DNA of 64,000 nucleotides from Eremomyces bilateralis CBS 781.70 (GCA_010015585.1 ML975176.1), one strand, 5' to 3'; numbered from the stretch's first letter, positions 1 to 12,034 are shown. A program made the numbers and translations. The notes: generated by a model not told the origin, from the sequence alone.

Positions 1-1
1 A

Positions 2-1627
2 AACGGCTCGCCAACGCCGGAACGAATTCCGAAGACTATAATCTTTATAGACTCCCGACGTGATATCCAAAAATGTGCGGAATGTCTGCGAGGCTGGCTA
101 CAGAAACTCTCAGCTGGGGCCGTCGGGGCCCACGACTGCAAGCAGATTATCCAGGTCTACCATTCACACACCACTCCAAACGACAAGAATGCTATATACG
201 ACCAGTTTTCCAAAGCGGACTCTAAGATCCGAATTATGGTGGCCACAGAATCATTAGGAACGGGGGTAGATCTCTCGGATGTCACACGAGTTGTCCAATA
301 CGGCTTCCCTCTGGAACGACTCTTATGCGTCCTTATCCAACGATTTGGCCGTGCAGCTAGGATGGCTGGCATTAAAGGAGAGGCCATCTTCTTGGTGGAA
401 AGTTGGGCGATAGGTGACAGGATCTTATCGACAAGACCGGCGCTTCTATCCAGAACTCAGACGCCGTCGTGTTTAAGACGGCCTTCCAACACGAGCCGGT
501 TAGCTCAGTCGTACTCTGCTGATCCAGGAGTGGGCGGTGACATCCTAGATGATGAATCGGATATTGCCGTAGACGCCATTAAATATGATATACCAGGAGA
601 GCAGCACCGACGCAAAACGGAGAGAGAACGCCGAACAGACCTACACGATGACTGTCCGGCGCTATTCAATCTTGTTAATCGATCCGCATGCCTACGCCGA
701 ATCCTAATGGATTGGCTACAAGAGAGTCTATCGGATCCAGCATCTAGGTTACCGGCTCCTGAACCGCAGGAGTGCTGTAATGTCTGTAACCCAGATCTGG
801 CGCGGGCGGTACCTTTCCCATGGGATACCACAACTGGTCTTCGTAAGCCCCAGACTGGAACGGCATCCGGCGCATTTTATGACCGCCTGACCCTCTGGGG
901 AGATAACGTTGTGAATTCGGCACATCGGATGATGAAGCCAGAACTCTCAGCACGGTTATTCGCGCCGAAGGAAGAGTGGATATCAATATCGAGAGAGTAT
1001 ACGAACATCCGCTCGGCTGCTGAGTTGGAGAAGTTTACGAAATCGGCTTGGATGAAAGACCATTCCCATGAGCTGTTCGAAGAGTTCAATAAAATCAAGT
1101 CCTATGTAGTGAGGAACTGGCCCGGACGCTATACACCAGGAACCGCAGCGGCAGCTCAAGTTCTAATACGAAGGGCGCCATTCGAACACGCTCATCCCAC
1201 AGTCGAACAGCAAGTATCTCAACACAGAGGTCGGAAGAGAAGATTGTCTATAGAAGCAGAGACTCTGATAACTCCTGATCAGGAACGAAGAGTATTACTC
1301 GCGCGTGAGCGAGAAGAGTACGTTTCCTCGCTAGAGCGGATCATTGCTCAGGCAAGGGAGGTGTCAGCCTCGTGCTCTTCCCATCTACCTACCCTACCAA
1401 TGACCATAGTATCAGCGAACTCGTCATTTACATCTATGGGTAGGTTGATGACATCTACAAACGTAGATTATTCTTCTGCTAGGTCAGGTGTTCTCGAAGA
1501 CGGCGAGAATGAGGTATCAGGTGTAATTGATGGTAATCGGGCCTTGAAACGTCCCATATTAACCCGGGGGGGGGAAGTAGAAACGAAACGGGTCGTCCTC
1601 GGCGTTCTAGACTCTAACGCAAGGTGA
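2..1627 (+). CDS. RecQ-like superfamily 2 helicase, C-terminal part (5'-truncated by window edge); transposon-encoded
   Basis: The frame is open from base 2 and reads PKTIIFIDS (motif IV), VYHS, IRIMVATESLGTGVD (motif V), VVQYG and QRFGRAAR (motif VI), then a RecQ-type Zn module C(LRR)...CCNVC. Confidence 0.85.
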   Translation, partial: NGSPTPERIPKTIIFIDSRRDIQKCAECLRGWLQKLSAGAVGAHDCKQIIQVYHSHTTPNDKNAIYDQFSKADSKIRIMVATESLGTGVDLSDVTRVVQYGFPLERLLCVLIQRFGRAARMAGIKGEAIFLVESWAIGDRILSTRPALLSRTQTPSCLRRPSNTSRLAQSYSADPGVGGDILDDESDIAVDAIKYDIPGEQHRRKTERERRTDLHDDCPALFNLVNRSACLRRILMDWLQESLSDPASRLPAPEPQECCNVCNPDLARAVPFPWDTTTGLRKPQTGTASGAFYDRLTLWGDNVVNSAHRMMKPELSARLFAPKEEWISISREYTNIRSAAELEKFTKSAWMKDHSHELFEEFNKIKSYVVRNWPGRYTPGTAAAAQVLIRRAPFEHAHPTVEQQVSQHRGRKRRLSIEAETLITPDQERRVLLAREREEYVSSLERIIAQAREVSASCSSHLPTLPMTIVSANSSFTSMGRLMTSTNVDYSSARSGVLEDGENEVSGVIDGNRALKRPILTRGGEVETKRVVLGVLDSNAR

Positions 1628-1727
1628 AGCCCTCGCAACAAGAAAGGGAATAATAGCCGCTACAACCACAGCGAGTGGACATTATAGATAGGTTACTCTG
1701 ACTCGACGTCCGAAGGTAAACCCCATT

Positions 1728-4420
1728 CATGGGCTACATCTCTGTCTGCCAAGGGCTGGCGACGTCTGTTAGCACGAGACTAGAAACTCCATGAGCATGC
1801 GCATACCAATATCGCCATCGTGTCGCTATTAGGATCTAAATCAGCCGTGGCTCCTCTCCTCTCATAAGGTGGTACGACTATTCGATCTTCATCTCTTATG
1901 ACCTTTGCATTAAACACCTCCAATTTTTGAGTTGCTACTCTTCCGAGCCCGATCGTATGTATGTCTGGTGCTTGATGTCTTGCCTCCCTGCCGCCGTCAT
2001 AAAATTTAATCGAGTCGCATGCCAGCTCAAAGGCTAATGTATGAATATCATCCATCGCGGAGGGCACAGAATGTGTGGAGTTGCCCTTCCGGGCGAATGC
2101 GTCCTCTACTGCCCTGCGTAGACAAACAGTATATTCTGCCGTTAATGAGGTAGTCTTGAACAGAGCATCCAATCCGAAAGTCGACGTTCGACGGGCCCAA
2201 AGCTCTCTTTTCAGCTCCAGGTTCAGATATTCAAGGCTACGATCGACTTCTTGCCAGGTGTCCCGACAGCCATGCGGGTTAACGAGGCTATTCGAGAGTA
2301 TTGCGCGCCGAAGCTCCTTGTCACAAGCTTTGGTGCTAGTGAGCCGCTTTAGATAGAGCATTTCGAATGCGTAGTTTGATTGTCCAGTCCCCTCGAAGTA
2401 AAAGCAACAGACACCAATGACTCGGTCGATGAGTCCTATATCTCCGTTTTTGATGCCGTACTTCAAGGTCTTGTACACAACCATTTGTTGAAGGTATCGA
2501 GCATGACTAAGGAACTCCTCATCGACTGTATTGTTGGTATGCTTCTCCTTCGATGGTCGCCAGGCTTCCGGCTCAAATGCGGATCTGCGAACATCCTCCA
2601 CCAGTTCCATGAACCCTCTAGTATCCATGTTCCGAATTGCCTTGTCAACCCCCTCTTGATCGGAGATATCGATGCCGTACTGCTCGAGGTGAGTATAAAG
2701 TAGTCCAACAACTCGAGCGTCGAAACTGTGAAGCACTAGCTCTTCTAGAACCTGAAAAGCTGCACGGTCCGCTGGAATATTCTTTCGTCCCCAGAAGTTG
2801 ATGTTGTGATAGAGAGTTGAAGCGTCCTGTTGCTCCATGTTTCCGTAATGTGTCTTTTGCATGAGCCATAGAAAATTCATACGCAGGTGAAAGAGAGCAG
2901 CGACTCCTATCAGCCAGTCTTTTCTATCATACGCCATAGACGCGTCGACTTGCTCAGCCTGCATAGATCGGATAAGTGAAGAGGTTTTTTGATCGCCAAA
3001 CGCCAAGAACAGACGGTTGTCGAATTCTTTATTATCTAGTTGGAATTGGTGCTTGTAGATGCTCTCTATAACCTCGTAGGAGCCATCTAGAGTACCTTCG
3101 TTGAAGAGAATCGGACCGAGCGTCTTGCTGTCTGTCTTTCGAAGCTCGAGTAACTCGACTGTTGGCATAGCGGGGTAAGGTATACCGGACGTAGAGAAGA
3201 TAGATTTGATCGCGAGTGGATATACCGATCGAATTGCCTCCGCTATAAAGTAGGTATCAATCTTGGCGGCGGTCTCGTCATATACTGCTGCACCAGGAGA
3301 GTATAGAAGATCCTCTATTGTAAGTGGAACCTCGCGGTGCAGCATTGACTGCTTTAAACCACCAGAGGGGATATCGGCGCCTCTGAAAACCTTTCCCGTT
3401 GTCACAGAGCGCATTTCTGCGTGATTTGAAATGAGCTGGTGCTTAATACCTTCTCGATAGTCGAAATTGTCATACACAACACAGGCATCTAGTTGCTGAC
3501 CATATCGACGGACCGTTCCCTAGTTGCAATCAGTCGACGTCTATGCTGAGAGGCGGTGAAGATGCCTTTGCTTGTTCTGCCACGGTTTCGAGATGTCTGT
3601 GGACTCCCTTGTAGCCTTCACAAACCCCAAACTGGTGAAGAAGATCGAGGATACGCCGTTTCACGCCATTTGAGTGCAGAAAGGCACCAAATACGCGGGG
3701 AAACTTGTTGCTCCCTTCCGACGCCCGAGAATAGCAGAGAATCGACGTGATTATCGCAATCCTGTGGTTGAATTTGACAGGGTCCCGTAGTGATCGATCT
3801 TTTCTCTCTCTCTTGGGCGCCATGATGCCATTAAGCAATCCACATAGAAGAGGAGCATGAGTGTTAACTTGCTCGTACATCTGCCCAAACTGCATATCGC
3901 CCAGTATACGCTCGTAGTCCTCGACTTTCTGTCCCTCTGGCTCTTTCTCCCTTCCCATGCCGGCAGGTGAAGTTCTCTCTTGGACACGGTCGACTTGGTA
4001 GGCACTAAACATACCTCCGGCTTCTTCCAGTGCCTTCATTTCCTTCCTCAGACCCTTTACAGTGACAATTCCTGTCGCACCAGACGCGGGGTGTTCTTGC
4101 AGCGCGTCTAAGACCTCTGGTTGACCGTAGACGGCCTCGGCGAGCCGTTTGGCACGCGTGGCAGGGCGCTCTCCATAACCACCAGACCCTTGAGTCGTCG
4201 CGTAGACATGGATAAATTCTCGTAATGTAATTTTTTTTTTCCGCATGAATTGGCATATCTCGTTTACTCTCTGCGCTTTACTGCGTCTTTGAGACCTTCT
4301 TACTTTCTGACGAGGTGCATTAGATGTGTTTGAAGCAGCAATATGCCGAGGACTTGGAGCGGGAGGCAAGATGGGCGGGTTCAACCGCGCACTCTGACGA
4401 CGCTGGTTTTGGGCCGACAT
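1728..4420 (-). CDS. Academ-type (DUF6589-like) DDE transposase, spliced
   Basis: ATG 4420 (MSAQNQRRQSARLNP). Exon 1 joins in frame across a 46-nt intron (3565-3520) to GTVRRYGQQLDACVVYDNFD. Motifs YDNFD, GDQKT, LFHLRMN, G.SNYAFEML, N.LVN..G and D..LEYLN are present. A probable last intron (gtatgc...gctaacag, 1806-1766) leads to TGA near 1728; unspliced, the stop is at 1780. Confidence 0.8.
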
Positions 4421-4570
4421 GGCCCAAAATTCAATCAATTATGGAAAAAGCCCAGAGGAATCGAATGGATGTATTCAATTGATGATGCACCATGTGGTTG
4501 TGGATAAAAATGGAGTTAAAGATGGTCTTCTATTTGGCATGAAAGTTCACGGCACACGCCGAAATAGGTG

Positions 4571-4680
4571 GACAGAATCCTCAGGCTATTTGTTCGAGGA
4601 GCACATGTGACTTACCGATTAGGTATAGTCCGCTCCGGTGCCTTGGCACGACCACAAATAGCCTGAGCTTGCTGAGGTAA
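4571..4680. repeat. Terminal repeat (TIR) of the Academ element, with internal inverted repeats
   Basis: Perfect 14-bp arms ctcaggctatttgt (4580-4593) / acaaatagcctgag (4654-4667). Inner stems ggagc/gctcc, gacttacc/ggtatagtc and gtgcc-tt-ggcac. Homologous copies at 30636-30741 (inverted), 31228-31333 and 31334-31431. Confidence 0.85.
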
Positions 4681-4807
4681 TGTCAACCAGTACCATTCAG
4701 TCATCTCCTCTACCACGTGATTCAATTCCGCTGTCCCTTGTTGTTTCCTCCACTAGATACACTGATACTGTAATAGTCTGTACTCTGTACTCCGTAAGAT
4801 TGTCCTA

Positions 4808-7444
4808 CTACCGTTTCCTATTTCCAGGCACATTCAACCTAAATCGCTCTCTATCCTCACCCTGTCCCTCGCCGCTATCGTGACTTCCATCCACCACTCC
4901 TGCATCCGACTGCCCACCCTGTCCTTGCTGTGGCTGCGCTCGTCGAGTCGCACGCAGTCGTGCATCTTCTTCAGCATCCCGTTCGTCCTCGCTCTTTTCT
5001 TCCGTGACTATGATTCCACTGCTGTGATTACTGCCTTGCCGATTGTGGCTCGACCGGCTACTTCCAGATTGTCTCGGTCGGAACATACTTCGACGCACTT
5101 GTTCGGCAGCTTCCGGCTCGGCCTCTGGCATACTCGAAGTGTGGAGTTCGCCCACTGCCCCGGGCTGAGTCTCCGCGCGACGCTCGATGTCAACTAGATC
5201 CGCCTCATACTTCCCAGTCCGCCGAACCTGGATTTCGGGGAGCCATCGGCGCAACAACGAGTTCTTTGTCCGTTGCCAGACACCGCCACCCCCGGCGTCA
5301 GGGCGGTAGGCGGGAGCCATGACAGTCCGTTTCGGCGCAAACCATCGCACGATCAGTTTCCATTTGATCTTGCTCAACAGCCCCTCAGGCTCAACGGCAT
5401 CGACTCGCGCCCCGGTACGGGACCAGAGATCCGGGTGTTCGGAAGCAATATCATGGTAAAGGTTCTCGTATGTCCCACGACGGATGGGTACACGCACAGT
5501 CGCTGGACTATGCTTGAAGACGTACACGATGATGAAGAGAATGAGCAGCATAGGAAAACTGGAGATGAAATACCACTTGATCGATGGATTGTCCTCAAAC
5601 GTGTCGACGTTCATCCCAAAAAATCCCACGACAAATGTCAAGGGGAGAAAGATGAAGGTAATCCAGGACAATCGCCAAAGCGAGGCATTTAGCTGGAGGG
5701 AGAACCGTGCGTCCCGGATCTCGACGCTCTTGTACATCTTCGGCGCGTTAGTCGTGTATCTGCATCCATTGAGAAAGGGAACTTACCAAGTCACTGAGAT
5801 TTTGCGTCGGCTTTACCAGATCCTCTTGCACCCAATTCGCCAGCTTGTCAAAGCTATCCGGCACGGTCTCAATGAAACTTTGCTTCGAGAGCATGTCATC
5901 CGCAAGTTCCTTCAATTCCCCCTTCAATTCTTTGATCACATCGATATGAATGTACATGAGCTTCTCCACTTTGAGCCAGATGCTCGCATTGGTCCACAAC
6001 TCCGGAGCGCGCGATTCATCTGCCGGATTCTCATAGATCTTGTCTTCCAAGATCGAAACATGGGTCTCACATTTGGTCAGAAAATGGTCCCAGTTGTTGT
6101 TTAGCGATTTGAATATATCGTTCAAGATTAGATCCATGCATTCGAGGGTCAGAGTCTGATCGCTCAGGGTCGGATCGTCTGACAGATCCTCTCGCGGCAG
6201 AAAGAAGGTTAACCCGCTCCAGGCGGATTCGATCTCCTGTCGCGCCCCGATTAGGGTTTCCTCGCAAGACCCCGACTGTGAACCTTCGAAGATGATGATC
6301 ACCGAGCCATTGTCGAGTCGGTTGATGTCCGGAAAGTAATCCTCGTCGCCGTAGGGCCCAAGCCGAGGACGCCGTCCCTCCGCATCGCGGGCTTTCGCAT
6401 CCTCCCTCGGCGTTGAATACGGGCTCTCCATATCTTCGGCGTTCAGCGCCATGGACTCGCCTTCGTTCCGCTGAATGTACACCGACAGCCGCTGCACATA
6501 CACATTGTACCCGTAATCCGGATTCTCATCCGGGCCGTACGCGTTCAGCTCCAGCATCTTGAAGTCGTCGGCCGCCCCCCCGTGGAATCGATTGGCCGGC
6601 ACCGGACGGAGATAATCCAGACCAAAGGCACAACGGGAGATCCCTCGCCAGGGATCCCGTTGGATCCGAAACGTCTTCCCATTCAGCAACGGCTTGCCCG
6701 CCCGCCGTTGCGGTCGTTCAAACTCCGCCCACTTGCCAAACGCCGTCCCAACGAGGTCATCGCGGTGGTTGATGTTGAACTTCCGAAGGAGGTATCGCCG
6801 CGCCCAGACCGCGTTCTGCACGTGGATGATGCGTAGGATCAACCCCGGCTGATCTTTCTGTCTGTCGGCGTCCGCGTAGAACTCCTGAAGCTTAGACAGC
6901 TCATGGAACTCTTGCGCCACGATCTTGCGACGGCCGGTGGACGTGTATCTCGCACTGATGAAATCGATCACCAGAACGCGCCCGTCCTTCCAGCTGTCCG
7001 CGGTCCATTCTTTCTTCCATTTCGGGCTCGGCTTCGGTTTGTGTTTCCGGTAACGGGCCTTTCGGCCTCGTGGCACGCCGTTGCGTCCGTTCTCGGTGGG
7101 AAGAAAATCATCAAAGGCAGGGCCTACATTTGGCGCGTCAGACACGATTACATTCTTTCAAAACGGAGGATCCAATGGGTGGTATGCAGATCCCATGGTC
7201 ATAAAGCGGCCCAGTGGAGCGAGCCACGCGTCTTCATGAGCATCAACCGCGCGGTCCGGGAAAACCATACAGCACGGCGCATACCGGGCGAAGCCGCTCG
7301 CAGGACTAAACCCGTCGAAGCCGGCGAAGGGGAATAGTTCCACTCACTCTTTGGTTCCGGGTCCTGTTCCCCATCAGTTAGATCCTGTACCGTGATGGGC
7401 GGCGCAGAGAAGGCTCTTCGAATCCCATCCATCGAGCGGCTCAT
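4808..7444 (-). CDS. CorA-like Mg2+ transporter family protein (multi-exon; in-frame TGA at 7158-7160 in the most likely model)
   Basis: C-terminal exon has LSWITFIFLPLTFVVGFFGMN (CorA GMN motif) plus a second TM helix. An intron joins ORF 5748-7145 to ORF 4808-5737. The 5' exon 7444-7285 splices in frame via intron 7284-7232. Confidence 0.75.
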
Positions 7445-8467
7445 ATTCCTGGGACCCGCAACGATTCCAAAAGATCACTGCTCACGACGCGGAAGCAGAG
7501 TGGGAAGAAGGGCCATATACTGACTAAAAGAGGGGGCTGGTATTCGATACTTCGCTATATTATGCACATGGAACGCTGCAAAGTCGAGCATCGGGGCGTG
7601 AAGCAAATTATGCCGCCTGGCGGGCACAGTTGTTTACCAGCAAGCGCAACAAGGGTACTGCACCAGGTTCGGGTCAATGCGCAAAAGAATCGATCTCGTG
7701 TCAGAAAATAGGTAGTCAGCCTTGCGGCCCTTGCCGTAATATTAATTTGAATGTGCAGATGCGTGAGTACATACTACGTAATATGCTGCTTCATGCTTGG
7801 TCGGTTCAAGAGAAATTAAGAACGCAGATCCTCCTCATTCTGGATGCAGCCATGCAGGCCGTGGACATGTATCGGTCTGGTTTTTCGCGATTTGCGGAGG
7901 GGGTGACCTTTAGGCTTTAAGAAATGAGGGCCAGGGTCCAGCACCCCCTCTCCTGGATGATCCATGTAAAGTGGTCGTATTAATAGTACAGCTCCAGACA
8001 GCCTTACTACGTAGTACGGTGACAGCCGGAACTCTGAAGGCTGAAAGGCCAAAGGTGAACAAGACGATCACCAATTTGCCACATCCTCACCGGTTGCCTT
8101 TGAAGTTTGACCCCTGTTCGTCCATCCGATGTTTGTCACTCGCAGAGCCGCAGGAGCGGGGAGATGGTGGGAGAGAAAGGATATCAAGTTTGCTACGGTA
8201 ATCATAATCCATCGCCGGGTTTTGCAGCGATCCTTTTTTGTTCATCGAGCTTTGAGCTTCAGGCCGTAGAGTGTTGCCTATTGCATTACGATATGCCCGA
8301 AGTGATGCGTCGCATGATAAATATATTTCGTCGATTCCAGGGCATTTAGAAACCCGGATCGCCCCTGAACCACCATGTATGTCATTTCCTTCGTTCACAT
8401 CCACATAAGATCGCAGACTTGCCATGGCGATCGTGAGGGTGCTTTGTGCAGCACCTGCCTCGCGTGC

Positions 8468-10755
8468 TTACTCAAAACTGCTGGCAACGTCGGCCCTCGC
8501 AGCTAGTTTGGCCTGGTAATCCCGAATGTCGGCCCACCTCCGAAGGTCGGATTCATCGCCGTTCGAAGCATCCGAGGCGCCGCTGTCGGGTCCCATTCGT
8601 TCTAGGCGCGACATCAGGTCGACAAGCGGTAAGAGCGTTTGGTCGCGTAAAGCGGCGAAGGATTTGGAATTCGACGACGAATTCAATAGAAGCGAGGCCA
8701 CCTGTCGCACTTTCATGCTCTGCAGACTTGATTAGTAGATTTTACCGGGCAGATGGCGAGTCGATGACTTACAAAGCTGATGGAATTGGGCTCCATGTGG
8801 ACTCTGCTGACACTTTTCACCATAGTCAGGAGACCTTGGATGATGCTTTCCCTCTCTTGGGTCATATCCTCTTCCGATATCTTGATAACTGCCTCTGGTG
8901 AAGAGACATTTCGCTCGAAGCTGGTGTTGCTAATGGGCGGAGCGTTGCCTCCTTCAGCGGACTTGCCAGGATCTCCTTTGCCATTGATGGTTTGGGCCAT
9001 TCCCGAGTATCGGTCGACGATGTAGACACGAGTACTTAACTGACTGGCATAGATGTTCGCCTTTTGAATCTCGTACTGAATCTTGCGTCGGTCGAGGATT
9101 TCGCCGCCGGAAGTACCTGTGAGAGCTGCGCCGGCGATTGCTTGGGTCGCGCTACTATACCCAGACGGCGCCTCCCAAAATGGCAGGCCGAACGGTACAT
9201 GCTGATTGTACGGTGACCAAACCTTCAGCTCCGGGGGGAGCTCGTTGATGGCGTCGTGGCAGTTGCGTAGTCCCGCCTCAAGGGCCTTCTTCCGCAGTTG
9301 ACCTTGCGTGGATGAAAGGACGCCCGATGAGTAGTCGACGGCTAAGATCCCATCGACGCTCTGGTAGATGCGGACATTGGCGTTGAATCCGGTGAGAAAG
9401 GAGACTACATTGGCAGGCTGGTTCTCGATATTGTCTGGATGGAGAAACTCGTCATCCACCTCCACTGGCTTGGGCGGATAAGTGAAGGTTGGAGTCTCAG
9501 GAAGGATGATAATTGGTCCGTCCCTTGTGAAGATGTCCATTGTTCTGAGAGAGATTAGCCGACGCGTAAAACCACAACGGTCGAATCCAATGAACTGTAC
9601 ATACCTGATACTCACGAACACTGTCCAGAATATCCTCCTTCCGATTTCCTGAGTCACAAGATCAGGAGATGAGCGTCCCCCGTCGGAACTCTGATCATCT
9701 GACCGCTGCCTGGACTCCGAACGATGGAGCCCAAGGAGCCGCAGGATGGTCAAGCATTCTGAGAGAGAGAGGATGGTCTGCACCGATCGAAAAGTATATG
9801 CATGGGTAAGTCCGATGAAGTAGCTTGTCGCTGCATCGTTCACGTTGATATCTTCCTTGTCAACGTAATTGAAACCCCGAGAATCCGAACAGACCTCCAA
9901 GCAACGTTGAATCAGATGCGAGTGCGTGGGAAAGAGATCACCTTGGTTAAAGGCATTCAACTCTTCCCGCACTTTTCGAGGGAACGATGCGGTCAAGATG
10001 GCAACCATCGAAGCGAGAAGCGCCAGGAAGGGGGGGTTGCGGTAGTCCTCTCCACTATCGAATTGGGCCCGGAACGTCGGTCGATGCGGGAAAGGACAGA
10101 GAGGGTGAATATAGGTGAAAAAGTCGTCAACCAGGCGAGAGACAATCTCCCGGGAACAGATAGACTCGACGCCTATTGTTGAAGGCGATTTCAGAGCGGT
10201 GAGCGCATGAGCCATCTGGGTTGGAGACGACGCTCCAGACTGTCCGACGAGCTCCCCTTCTCCGGTGAGTTTGGTCCGCTTCCTCCTCTCTGCCACTCGA
10301 TTTGGAGGGCCTCGACGCTTGCTGGGCCGATCGAAAGTACACTCGATCCCTAACCGCTGGCATGGCTCACATGGCAAGGTGTCCGAGCAGCGAACCTTTC
10401 GTTCTCCACATGCATCACAAGCTTTTCGCAGGCGGTGCTGCTTCTGACTGTCCTGCGTCTGGCCGGGGACCGAAGCTGGTCCAGCGGCGGGGACAACCTG
10501 AGGGGGACCGTGGATGCCGACGTGGCCGAGGGCAGGATCATGTTCGCTGTGCTGCGCCGGTTGCACGACACTCCGCAGTTGCTCGGCCAAGGTCAAGGCC
10601 TCGTTGTGCTCGGCGGAATTGGGTCCCACGTACGGACCGGAGTCGTGCCGCAGCGATGGACTGACGGGCTGCGTGGAGGTTGATGATGGGTAGATGGGAT
10701 GATTTGGATGATAATGCTGCTGGTCGGGTGGCGGCGGGGGCGGGTATTGAGGCAT
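8468..10755 (-). CDS. Zn(II)2Cys6 fungal transcription factor with fungal-specific TF middle domain
   Basis: ACDACGERKVRCSDTLPCEPCQRLGIECTF binuclear cluster, FFTYIHPLCPFPH and EIGRRIFW motifs. Introns near 9600 and 8770; the last exon is ORF 8468-8716. Confidence 0.9.
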
Positions 10756-12034
10756 CGCGGCGATGCTGCGCCTGCTCTCTAGGTCCTCCTTGTAAGTCCA
10801 TGCTCGTTTCCGACGATTGTATGATTACTTGCTGCGCTCACCTATCCTCGATCTGCAGTGTTCCCTGGCCCGTAAATGATGGATGTAGGCCGAAGATCTA
10901 GCGGGCGGCGCGTCGCGTCAACTGTCTCACCGTTCTACCACCGGGATTATTGGACAGGAGGCACTATGTGAGTACCAAACTCCCTGTCGTCACTTGCTGT
11001 CGAAATCGGAACTCTACGATTCGGATCGAGTGCTCTGTGATAATTGAAAGCGAGACAGCAGAATTTTCACCTTAGACTTTCCATCTGTGACATTCACCTG
11101 CCTGAGATGATGGTGATTATTGAATATCCACGTGACAATGGGCCCTTCATCATCCGGCTCTACCTCGGTAGATTGGAAGGCATCCGTGGTCTCCATTGGC
11201 TAATGATGGGTGACGCCACACAGTCTGGGGAAGTAATTAGCAGCGGCACGGAAGTGGAGCTCCCCCAGAGCCCAGCGACTGTTTCTTGAGTCTTAACTCC
11301 CTGGTTGCGAGAGTGGCATTTCATCATTCACAGGGCTGGATTATGGGTACACCAGGAATTCAGGATATTCCGGTTTGGGGAAGAGCAATTGAAGGAAATG
11401 AAGCGAACTCCCGTCATCAACATCCTGTCCTACCTTGTTCTCATCAATCTTGGAGCAATAGAGTATTGGACAGAGTAGAGTACTGCAAAGTTGCCCAATT
11501 TAAAGACCGAAACAAACGACTATACTGAGGGGTTGGATTGATGCTGCAGGAAACATCTCTCAATCCCTTCCTTCATAAAGATACCGAAACTCTCATAAGG
11601 ACTGACTTGGTTACAAAGAATATGAGAAAGGAGTGGCTTTGATGTTACCGGTCCTGGTAACCGGGTTCACAAGACTCTCTGGTGCAAGGACGAATAGATA
11701 CGTGTTAGATGGTAAATAATTGGTCTGCCGAGATGGGACCCATGCTCTCGCATCAATTAGATGGCCGCTAATTGACCACCCTAACCACGTCGCAGACTGG
11801 CTAATAGCAATACTCCCTTCATCGAGTGAACCGAGGGGCTGCCTACTGCTATATAGGCGCTCCATAAAGTACATTAAATGCAATGTCGGGTATCGCATCC
11901 AGATACCCGGCATCCACTTAAATGTTTAACGCAATCTAGAAACCAATTCCTCGTTGCGTATATCAGACCTTCTCCTCGTCCCCTCGCTGTGCTTGACGCT
12001 CCTGTTTCAACGTTCCAGGTACCATTCAATCAAT

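Larger units (their letters stand above)
1..4680. mobile_element. Helicase-encoding Academ (AcademH-type) DNA transposon, right part (left end lies outside the window)
   Basis: Convergent RecQ-like helicase (+) and DUF6589-type DDE transposase (-). The ~110-bp terminal sequence 4571-4680 (ending ...gctgaggtaa) recurs, ending at the same base, at 31228-31333 and 31334-31431 and inverted at 30636-30741, which defines the element end. Confidence 0.8.

Noticed and set aside
4231..4240. T10 run in the Academ transposase (and G9 near 1566 in the helicase) as programmed frameshift sites
   Set aside because: Both ORFs stay in frame through the runs and no alternative-frame extension is needed.
7630..8425. 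Short ORFs between the CorA-like gene and the Zn2Cys6 gene (e.g. 8087-8425)
   Set aside because: No recognisable motifs or splice linkage; the TF model already ends at 8468.
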